From Promethearchaeota archaeon (GTDB taxonomy: Archaea > Asgardarchaeota > Lokiarchaeia > Sigyniarchaeales > SOKP01): a stretch of DNA of 64,000 bases. The notes beneath the pieces were generated by a model that searched no databases, was not told the origin of the DNA, and was given only the letters and a program-made list of their open reading frames with translations. The translations under genes were made by a program, and so were the position numbers. The stretch spans positions 96,001-160,000 of the forward strand of contig JAHPZE010000002.1 of assembly GCA_019058365.1 (NCBI GenBank), read 5' to 3'. Positions within the stretch are counted from its first letter, which is position 1; each line of letters opens with the position of its first letter. This document shows, one piece after another, positions 28,732-36,710 of the stretch.

Positions 28732-29916
28732 CTATCCTTTCTTTAGTAAGCCCTTATAAATGACTATATAATTTTTTATACTAATAATTTTAGGATTTTT
28801 CCTATAATTTGACGGAATAGGAGCATTACATCTAGAACAAAGACGAGAGCTTCTAAGCCAATCTTTGAATTCATCTGCATGAGCGGGATATCTACAATTT
28901 GGACATAAAATTATTCCTCTACCATTATCCTTAGGACTTTCAGGCAATCTAAAACAAAATATACATTTAAAATCGTCTATTGATAAATTGGCTGCCTTTG
29001 GTCTGTATAACTTAAAATTTATATGCTTTATGGTACTTTCAGTACTTCTAATTGGTCGACCTGTTTTACTACTACTTATTGTCCTAGTAGTTGTTTTGAC
29101 TCTAGAACTTCTTGATTGTATATTTGCATTAGGTGTTGATCTTGATGAATGAGATACTGATCTTGAAGTACGAGACACTGTTCTAGTTGAGGGTGTCGGA
29201 GTTGATCGCATTGGGCTGCGACTACTTTCAGTGCGTCGATTAGGAGACAATAAATCATTTAATCTACTTGTGCGGCTTGCTATATAGTCTCTAGTTAATC
29301 GGGGTAATTGGTGTCGAGCTCCAAAAAATCCATAAATAATTATTATTAATATACTTCCAATTAGCAATAATAAAAGATTTAGATCAATTAAAAAATGAAT
29401 AGGTATTAATAAAGATTCATAGAAATCAATAAGTGAATAGAAACTTATCCAATAAACAATTATGAAAAATAAAATTGAAAATCCTAAAATATACCCAAAC
29501 TTCCGGGCATTTACTGATTTTATGCCAAAATAAATTACATTATATTTTCGAAAACAACGATATAAAGATATTGAACCATATAATACATAAGGAAATCCAA
29601 ATAAAATACTCCACCAACTTAAATATAAATCTGAGCTTATAAGAAGATTTTCTCCTAATAAACCAGTAAAATTTCCCCAGATTGAATAAAATATACCAAT
29701 AAAAACAGGACCAACAGTAAAAAATGCAGTATTGTGAGGACTTCGATATTCACGATATTGTTTAATATTTTTTAAAACTTTGAAAGAAAAAATTAACCAT
29801 ATTCCTATTAATAGCCAACTCACAAGTACATTAAAAGAATTTAGAATTGCACCATGTATTATGCCTATCAATGAAAATATCGCCAATGTTATTGCGACAG
29901 CTTTAAATTTAGGCAT
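28732..29916 (-). CDS. Multipass membrane protein with Ser/Thr/Arg-rich linker and C-terminal RING-like zinc finger (putative E3 ligase)
   Basis: About 6 TMs in residues 1-200; C-x2-C-x16-C-x2-C-x4-H-x2-E-x3-W-x6-C-x2-C; last gene of the Ubl-E1-E2-JAMM run. Confidence 0.75.
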   Translation of the reverse strand: MPKFKAVAITLAIFSLIGIIHGAILNSFNVLVSWLLIGIWLIFSFKVLKNIKQYREYRSPHNTAFFTVGPVFIGIFYSIWGNFTGLLGENLLISSDLYLSWWSILFGFPYVLYGSISLYRCFRKYNVIYFGIKSVNARKFGYILGFSILFFIIVYWISFYSLIDFYESLLIPIHFLIDLNLLLLLIGSILIIIIYGFFGARHQLPRLTRDYIASRTSRLNDLLSPNRRTESSRSPMRSTPTPSTRTVSRTSRSVSHSSRSTPNANIQSRSSRVKTTTRTISSSKTGRPIRSTESTIKHINFKLYRPKAANLSIDDFKCIFCFRLPESPKDNGRGIILCPNCRYPAHADEFKDWLRSSRLCSRCNAPIPSNYRKNPKIISIKNYIVIYKGLLKKG

Positions 29917-29944
29917 AATTTAATAATCACCAAATTTCTTATGT

Positions 29945-30775
29945 TTAATCTTCATCATATTCGAGGTATAATGCTTTCCCTTCAATTATAGGATTCATGA
30001 ATTTTAAAATTTCTGGAAGCATCTTAATATCTAATGATCCCTTAATTCCATATACTAAAGGATACCATGTTTTAGTTCTAAGATTTGCCGTATATATTTC
30101 AAATCCTGTGGATTTTCCATCAATTTGGTATGGATCAATAACAAGAGCAACGGACTTATCCCACAATTTTTGATATCTCGCTTGAGTGCCCATATCTTCT
30201 GCGCTTAAAAAACATCCGTAGCTCGGGTGTGAATGGTACCACCCACAGATAAATAATTTTTGTTTTTTTATATCTTGGTATGCTCTAGCATAGTTTTTAT
30301 AGTCTTTAATTTCAGCATAGACAGCTGTACCATGCCCCATTGGATAAGCATCCTCGATCTGTAAGAGACCATTATCTTTTTCTATTTTTCCTGCTAAAAG
30401 ACCTATAACTTCCACCCATTTTTCTCTTGGAATCTTAGAATTCGCATATTTAAGTGCATGACTCGCTATTTTAAGAATCGTCTTTACTGAAATATAAATT
30501 TCCTTATTGATTTTCTCTTCATCTTGAATATCAAACTCTTTTTTTTCCACAATTTCTGCTGTAGGTATCTTTGTAAGTTTTATAATAGGTTTATTAGAAG
30601 ATTTTTGTGTAAGAATTGAAGAAATTTCTTCTGTTAATTCGTCTTCTTCTAATGCAAGTTCTTCACAGATTTCATCTAGTAGTTCTTGTTTTATTTTTTC
30701 TTTTATCTTCCTCTTAATTGTATCTTTGATTGATTTTTTACCTGATTCTTTAGTGTCCATAAATGAAATCACCAT
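29945..30775 (-). CDS. JAMM/MPN+ metalloprotease (Rpn11/CSN5-like deconjugase)
   Basis: EVIGLL...GWYHSHPSYGCFLSAED (E-xn-HxH-x7-S-x2-D intact), ALVIDP; start overlaps the E2 stop. Confidence 0.92.
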   Translation of the reverse strand: MVISFMDTKESGKKSIKDTIKRKIKEKIKQELLDEICEELALEEDELTEEISSILTQKSSNKPIIKLTKIPTAEIVEKKEFDIQDEEKINKEIYISVKTILKIASHALKYANSKIPREKWVEVIGLLAGKIEKDNGLLQIEDAYPMGHGTAVYAEIKDYKNYARAYQDIKKQKLFICGWYHSHPSYGCFLSAEDMGTQARYQKLWDKSVALVIDPYQIDGKSTGFEIYTANLRTKTWYPLVYGIKGSLDIKMLPEILKFMNPIIEGKALYLEYDED

Positions 30776-31296
30776 TTTTTGTTTGCATACTTCTTAACAA
30801 GATTTTTTACTTTTTTCTCGAAAAATTTTGGATTTTTCATCATTTCGACTGCTGCTTTTTTATTGAAAACATCAGTAGGATTTACATATTTTCCACGTGT
30901 ATTTAACATAGCAATTATAGCTTGAACAACCGTAACCGCTGTTTTTGAAGGACTCCACCCCCCTTTTTTACCTAATAACGATGGATCTACTAAAGCTAGA
31001 CAAATATTTCTTTGGCCCTTATATTCAGATGGTTTTGGCCAAAAATTTGGATGCCAAATTGGAGTATGAAATCTAACAAAAGGAGGTTGGTTAGGATATT
31101 GAGCTGGGAATCTCAATTCTAATCTAAAAAGACCACCTGCATAAGCAGTCCCTTTGGGTCCTTTAAATGAAATTGCTAAATGATCAATACTCTTCTTTTT
31201 AGGATTAAATGGTATTAATTGAACAATACTCCCCTCTTTCAGCATTTTTTTTAATCCCGCATAATCTTGGGAAATACGACTACTTCTTATACTCAT
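30769..31296 (-). CDS. Ubiquitin-conjugating enzyme E2 (UBC fold)
   Basis: GPKGTAYAGGLF, FP..YP..PP.V.F.T.IWHPN, catalytic NICL, WSPS. Confidence 0.95.
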   Translation of the reverse strand: MSIRSSRISQDYAGLKKMLKEGSIVQLIPFNPKKKSIDHLAISFKGPKGTAYAGGLFRLELRFPAQYPNQPPFVRFHTPIWHPNFWPKPSEYKGQRNICLALVDPSLLGKKGGWSPSKTAVTVVQAIIAMLNTRGKYVNPTDVFNKKAAVEMMKNPKFFEKKVKNLVKKYANKKW

Positions 31297-31371
31297 TTTC
31301 TCAACCCTTTTTATTATCTTTAATTTTATATTGAAATTTTTTCTTTAAATAATTGTTTTTTTCTTAAAATA

Positions 31372-32637
31372 TTAATTTAAAACCGTTTTTTGATTCAAAT
31401 TTTGTTTTATTTTTAAGGTTACAAAAATTTCTCCACCTTTAAACCCTACAGCTGTCATAAGTTCGCAATTTCTTAAACCATTTTCAATTGGATTCTTTTC
31501 TAAATCAACTATCATAATATCATTGAAATCCAGTAAAGTTAGAATTGGTTCAGAATCTGGATCTAATTTAAATCCGTTTTTCTCCAATATTTTAATTATA
31601 TTTATACAAGGTGATTGAGATCTCAATTTTATAGATACCCGGCGAACGTCTTTACCACATTGAGAACATTCTGGATTTCTTTTTTTTTCAATATGGTAAA
31701 ATTTCATTGTAATTGCATTATAGATCACATAATTTCTAATAGGTTCACCTAATCCTTTATGTCCTTTTTTCCAATGAAGAATTTTGGTGGTTTCATGTGA
31801 TTGTAATGCAGAAATAACCGCATTTATAGTTATTATTCCAGGATCGTGTCTATCAATGATTTTCACAATATCATCCTTAGTATATTCAGGAAAGAAATTA
31901 TACTTGGTCACTAGTTCATTTGCAACCTTTTGAATGAATTTAATATCATTTATATTTTTTGGATTTGGATCTCTATCAAACTTTTCTCTAAATGCCATAT
32001 CTCCTTTAAAAACACAATGGATCCTTTTTCGAGGGATTCCAACCACAGTACAAGCAGCCATTTCATCAGTTTCTCCTACGGGTAATGGATTGCATTCATA
32101 ACAAGCATTTTTATAGGGGAAAACTGTATATACATGACCATGATAACCTGATACTCCTCCATCTACTAATGGCTTTCTAAATCTTATACACTGTGCATTT
32201 AAATTTAGGCGTGCATTCATCGAATCAAGACCACCAATAACAACATCCGCAGCTTGGTATAGTGCTGGATTCAAACGTTCTAGAGAAGTATGGTATCCCT
32301 TAACAATAATATTAGGATTAATTTCTTTTAACTTTCGAGCTGCAACAACTGCCTTAGGTTCTCCAATCTTCGCTCCCGTAAAAAGAACTTGACGGTTTAA
32401 GTTAGAATGTTCAATAATGTCTAAATCAATAAGATCAAGGTGACCAACACCGAGCATAGCTAAGTTTTTAGCGATTTCACAACCTAAACCTCCAACCCCA
32501 ACTATAAGAACTCTTGAATTCTTTACCACTTTCTGGGACCATCCCTCCAAACGAAATTGGCGGTCATAAAGGTCTCTCTCTTCCACTGATAATTCTTTTG
32601 CGAAAAAATCTGTATCCTTATCCACTATTATCACCAT
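31372..32637 (-). CDS. Ubiquitin-like activating enzyme E1 (ThiF adenylation domain, catalytic-Cys insert, probable C-terminal UFD)
   Basis: YDRQ, GVGGLG, SNLNRQ, CYEC and CSQC Zn pair, AACTVVGIPRKRIHC matching the Uba2/Uba3-type CT...P..HC motif. Confidence 0.93.
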   Translation of the reverse strand: MVIIVDKDTDFFAKELSVEERDLYDRQFRLEGWSQKVVKNSRVLIVGVGGLGCEIAKNLAMLGVGHLDLIDLDIIEHSNLNRQVLFTGAKIGEPKAVVAARKLKEINPNIIVKGYHTSLERLNPALYQAADVVIGGLDSMNARLNLNAQCIRFRKPLVDGGVSGYHGHVYTVFPYKNACYECNPLPVGETDEMAACTVVGIPRKRIHCVFKGDMAFREKFDRDPNPKNINDIKFIQKVANELVTKYNFFPEYTKDDIVKIIDRHDPGIITINAVISALQSHETTKILHWKKGHKGLGEPIRNYVIYNAITMKFYHIEKKRNPECSQCGKDVRRVSIKLRSQSPCINIIKILEKNGFKLDPDSEPILTLLDFNDIMIVDLEKNPIENGLRNCELMTAVGFKGGEIFVTLKIKQNLNQKTVLN

Positions 32638-32716
32638 TAATTTTTACAAAAAAAATAAAAAAAATTGAAGGGCTAAATGCCCTTATATTATATTTTATGA
32701 AGAAAGTTTTATAAGT

Positions 32717-33049
32717 CTACCCAGCCGTACTGGCGGGGATTAATAGAATATCATCACCATCATTTAAATCATAGTCGCTTAGGGAACTATTTTCATCCAT
32801 AGTAACTCCTCCACTAGAAATATGGAAATCATTAGGATCAAGACCATATAAATTTCCTAATGTTTGTTTAATGTCTCTTACTGGATTACTGTCATTTACC
32901 GTTAACTTCTCTTTTTTTTCGCCAGGACCAATTGTTGACATAAAATATAAAGTCAATTTCTTTCCTGCAGAAGGAATTTTACTTGCAGGAGTTTTAGATT
33001 TTACAGGTTCATTTACACCTAAATCTTCATCAAATTCATCAAAACTCAT
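32717..33049 (-). CDS. Ubiquitin-like modifier 1 (beta-grasp; N-terminal extension; ends STAG)
   Basis: V.DIK...L...G..MDE..SLSDY.L.DGD.I.L ubiquitin pattern; first gene of the E1-E2-JAMM run. Confidence 0.85.
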   Translation of the reverse strand: MSFDEFDEDLGVNEPVKSKTPASKIPSAGKKLTLYFMSTIGPGEKKEKLTVNDSNPVRDIKQTLGNLYGLDPNDFHISSGGVTMDENSSLSDYDLNDGDDILLIPASTAG

Positions 33050-33318
33050 TCATTTCACTTCTCTTTTTTTTTTAATTTCTAATTTTTATTATACTTAATA
33101 AAATGGCGTTAAAAAGATATTATAAAACCCTTTGGAATGATTTTGAAGTATTCAAGATCCTCTCCAAAAATAAAAAGGTGAAAATTAGAATTCTTAAGAA
33201 ATTATATTATAAATTGTATGAAACCTTATCAATATATATATGAATTAAAAAAAGTTGTTTTAGAGAGAATATATAATTATAAAAACCAGATAAATCGACG
33301 GAATAAAAGTAAAGGCTT

Positions 33319-33990
33319 ATGAATCCTCTGGATGATGCAGAATCTGTTGTTCTTGAATTAGTAAGGGAGTATTTAACAAAGAAAACCTTCTTTTCAATTA
33401 GAGAAATTACCTCCTATATTAGCAATAGAGTACGATACAATCCAAATATAAATGAGAATAGAATAGAGTTAGTTTTGAAGAATTTAATTAAGCGGCGTGT
33501 TATTATCCCTGGAACAAAATTAATGAAAAATAATATTATAGAACATCCTAAAAGAAATGAAATCTTCAATTTTATTAAAAAAAATCCGTCAAATATTAAT
33601 GAAATAATGAAGGGTCTAAAAATTGGCAGTAATCAAGCTTTATGGCATTTATCATGTTTAGAAAAATTTCAATTTGTTAGATCAAAACAAATCAATAATC
33701 ATAGAATGTTCTTCAAATTTGATTCAAATCCAAAGCTTGACCCATTTTACTATTATTTAAAAAAAAATATCGTTCAAGATATAATAGAATTTATGAAAGT
33801 AGAAAATAAAGCATTAAAAATCACAGAGATAGCAAATGGTTTGAAAAAGAATCATAGTACTATTAAAAAATACATAGATATTTTAATAGATTTAAAATTA
33901 ATAAAAATTGAAAAAGAAACAAATAGGAATATATTCAAATTAGATCTTAGAAAATATTCTAATGTAAGAAAATCAATTCAAGGTGAATGA
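33319..33990 (+). CDS. Tandem winged helix-turn-helix transcriptional regulator
   Basis: RNEIFNFIKKNP...WHL..LE and ITEIA..L....STI..YI..L wHTH units; divergent from the Ubl operon. Confidence 0.8.
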   Translation: MNPLDDAESVVLELVREYLTKKTFFSIREITSYISNRVRYNPNINENRIELVLKNLIKRRVIIPGTKLMKNNIIEHPKRNEIFNFIKKNPSNINEIMKGLKIGSNQALWHLSCLEKFQFVRSKQINNHRMFFKFDSNPKLDPFYYYLKKNIVQDIIEFMKVENKALKITEIANGLKKNHSTIKKYIDILIDLKLIKIEKETNRNIFKLDLRKYSNVRKSIQGE

Positions 33991-34074
33991 GATTAAAAAC
34001 TCCAATTTTATTCCAATCCCCTTTAAATTTTAAATTAAATATTATAAATTCAGAAAATAATCTAATTAAAAATC

Positions 34075-34875
34075 ATGAGAAAAAATTATAGAATTTTAAG
34101 TATTTTCACTCTTTATATAGTGTGTATTTTGTTTTATGTCTTTTTTTTCCTATATCGCATAGAAAATACACCATTATTTCTTGTTCTTACTATTGGTAGT
34201 GTTGCTGTTTTATCCACTAGTACAATTTATACAGTTTCAGTTTTACAGTCAAAAAGTAGTCCTGTCAAGACGATAAAAGAAAAAAAATATATCACAAAAC
34301 CAAAGTCAATTCAAAAGAAAACTTTCCCTATTATTGAAGATTATATTGATGCTCTACCTTCAATAGAAGACTATGTTGAATCAAATGAGTCCTATAAAGA
34401 TATGCCAATTATTGATAAATATATTTTTTCGATCTTAAGTCAGGAAGAATTAAATAAAATTGACTTGTTAGAGTTATCAAAAATGGACAAGATATTGTTT
34501 ATTAGAGAAATGATTTACTATGATCCAAATGAGAGAAAAGAATTAATCGAAAATATGTTAGAAAACAGAGATAATATTAATGGTGTAATACCTTATACAC
34601 CACCTAAAAGTTCTATAGGAATGGAAGATCAAATTCGTGTATATATACGATCACTTTTAGAACCTGGCGAGAAAACGAAAATTATAATAATAGATACAGC
34701 TGAATCAGCAAGAGTAGTTAAAGATAGAGTTGCACTATTATTTGATTATGAACAACAAGATTTTCTCTTATCTTCCGGAGGGATATTATTAGATGAGAAC
34801 TCACAGATAAAAGACTATAGTATTGATGATGATGATGAAATTGCTTTAATTCCCTCACGAAAAAAGAAAAATTAA
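34075..34875 (+). CDS. Membrane-anchored protein with C-terminal ubiquitin-like domain (no terminal Gly)
   Basis: Two N-terminal TMs; C-terminal PGEK.K...DF.LSSGG..LDENS.I.DY.I.D.D.I.LIP is clearly paralogous to Ubl1/Ubl2; ends PSRKKKN. Confidence 0.8.
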   Translation: MRKNYRILSIFTLYIVCILFYVFFFLYRIENTPLFLVLTIGSVAVLSTSTIYTVSVLQSKSSPVKTIKEKKYITKPKSIQKKTFPIIEDYIDALPSIEDYVESNESYKDMPIIDKYIFSILSQEELNKIDLLELSKMDKILFIREMIYYDPNERKELIENMLENRDNINGVIPYTPPKSSIGMEDQIRVYIRSLLEPGEKTKIIIIDTAESARVVKDRVALLFDYEQQDFLLSSGGILLDENSQIKDYSIDDDDEIALIPSRKKKN

Positions 34876-34922
34876 AAGTTAGGGCAGCTAATTTTAAATC
34901 CCTTTACTTATACCAGGAAGAT

Positions 34923-35348
34923 TTAGCCAGCAATACTAGCTGGAATTAAAAGTATATCCTCTCCATCAGAAATAGTATAATCGCTTAAAGGATTAATTTC
35001 ATCCATTGTTACACCACCACAAGATAAATGAAAGTCAGCAGGATCTAAACCAAATAAATTTGCAACGGTTTCTTTAATATCACCGACAAGATTTCCATCA
35101 TTAACAGTTAATTTTTGTTTTTTCTCACCCGGACCAATAGTAGACATAAAATATATTGAAATCTTCTTCCCTCCAGAAATAATTTTGGTAGTAGGAGTTT
35201 TTGTTTCAACTTCTTCTTCAAGACTCTTCTCAAAAGGTTCTTTTACATCTTCTTCTTTATTTTCTTCAAGATCTTCATCTAATTCTTCTAAATCTTCATC
35301 AAATTCTTGTTCATCAAATTCATCGTCAAATTCATTATCAAAACCCAT
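34923..35348 (-). CDS. Ubiquitin-like modifier 2 (acidic N-terminal tail; ends SIAG)
   Basis: Core matches Ubl1 at about 60 of 82 residues by manual alignment. Confidence 0.85.
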   Translation of the reverse strand: MGFDNEFDDEFDEQEFDEDLEELDEDLEENKEEDVKEPFEKSLEEEVETKTPTTKIISGGKKISIYFMSTIGPGEKKQKLTVNDGNLVGDIKETVANLFGLDPADFHLSCGGVTMDEINPLSDYTISDGEDILLIPASIAG

Positions 35349-35541
35349 AAAATAAACCCCAATAATTATGTTTTAAATATAAATTATACAATTTTTTTGC
35401 TATGAATCTATGAAAATAATAGAAATTAAGTTATATAAATAGAATCTACAAAATTTTAATATTAAAATCTTGATTAGCAAACACTTTAGAGTCAATATTC
35501 ATATGAATTTATTAATAGAGTATGTTAAAAATTGAACCATT

Positions 35542-36699
35542 ATGAACGACGAACCAATTCCAAAGTATCAAATTCGAGAAAAAACACCAATTGAAAAATT
35601 TGATATGATTTCTGATAAAAAATTGCTTAAAAAATTAAAAAAAGAAAGGATCAAGTTAGATAAAGAAAAGAATGAATGGGAAAAAGTTATTAACCAAATT
35701 GAAAATTACAAAGAAAATGTTGAAGATCTTGAGAAAAAAAGAAAAGAAAAAGAACTTAAAATTAAATATCTCCTTGAACAACGAGATAACTTACAGGATG
35801 AGTTAGAACGAACGAAAAATCAAATAAAACAACAGAATAGTGATTTAGCAACAAAAGATCAACAATTTAGAGAAAAAATCAGAAATAAAAATGAGGAATT
35901 GGATCAAAAAAATGCTGAATTAGAAAGATTTCAAGAAAAGTTAGATAATTTGAGAGAGGATATTGGAAATCAAAAAAAGAATCTAGAATGGGAAAAACAA
36001 AGAACAGAAAAACGAATAAAGGAAATTAAAACAAAAATTCCAGGTATGGAGAGAAGAGAAAATGCTTTAGAAAGAACTATTAATGATTTAGAGTCTAAAT
36101 TAATGGATTTAAGAAATGAAATCAAAGATTTAACTAAAGATCGAGATAATTTAAATAATGAAATTAATACTTTAAGGAGAGAAATTAATGATGAAAAAAA
36201 TCGAATTTCTGACGAAAAGAAAAAATTAAAAGAAGAAAGAGAAAAAACTCGTTACAAAAAACAAGATATTTCTCTACAATCTCGTGAAATTGATAAGAAA
36301 AAAACAGATCTGAAAAAATATAGAGATAAAGTTGAAAGTGATGTAAATAATTTGGAAAAAAGAAGACGCCAACAAGAAGCAAGATTAAAAGAATTAGAGA
36401 GAAAAGTTCCTGCTGCAGAAAACAAATATAACTCCTTAAATAGGAAAATTCCTAATTTAGAAGAAAAATTTAGAAGACTAAATAATGAATACAGACAATT
36501 AGAAAAACAAAAAGAGACCTTGGAAAGTGATAAAAATATAATTAAACGTGAAAGAGAAAAATTAGAAAAAGATAAACAACGATTTCTAAATGAAAAAAGG
36601 GCATTTGAAAGAGAAATAAGAAAGATAACAACGAAATCTCCATCAATTAAAACGAAAACACCCTCAAAAATTAATACTAAGACTCCTTCAAAATATTAA
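35542..36699 (+). CDS. Long coiled-coil protein with C-terminal TK(S/T)PS repeats
   Basis: About 330 aa of continuous charged heptad pattern, no enzyme motifs; ends TTKSPSI-KTKTPSKI-NTKTPSKY. Confidence 0.75.
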   Translation: MNDEPIPKYQIREKTPIEKFDMISDKKLLKKLKKERIKLDKEKNEWEKVINQIENYKENVEDLEKKRKEKELKIKYLLEQRDNLQDELERTKNQIKQQNSDLATKDQQFREKIRNKNEELDQKNAELERFQEKLDNLREDIGNQKKNLEWEKQRTEKRIKEIKTKIPGMERRENALERTINDLESKLMDLRNEIKDLTKDRDNLNNEINTLRREINDEKNRISDEKKKLKEEREKTRYKKQDISLQSREIDKKKTDLKKYRDKVESDVNNLEKRRRQQEARLKELERKVPAAENKYNSLNRKIPNLEEKFRRLNNEYRQLEKQKETLESDKNIIKREREKLEKDKQRFLNEKRAFEREIRKITTKSPSIKTKTPSKINTKTPSKY

Positions 36700-36710
36700 A
36701 TATTTATATT

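Noticed and set aside
31372-33049. E1/Ubl as a ThiF/MoeB sulfur-carrier pair for tungstopterin or thiamine synthesis
   Set aside because: The linked E2 with catalytic Cys, the RING-like protein and the E1 CT...P..HC motif indicate protein conjugation. Sulfur carriers normally end in GG. A secondary sulfur role is not strictly excluded.
34858-34875. C-terminal RKKKN of the membrane Ubl as a KKxx ER-retrieval signal
   Set aside because: Lys-rich C-termini are common in this AT-rich sequence (several unrelated ORFs end similarly), so the match is not informative.
35542-36699. Coiled-coil protein as SMC/Rad50 or ESCRT-III
   Set aside because: No Walker motifs, hinge or zinc hook; too long and uniform for the Snf7 fold.
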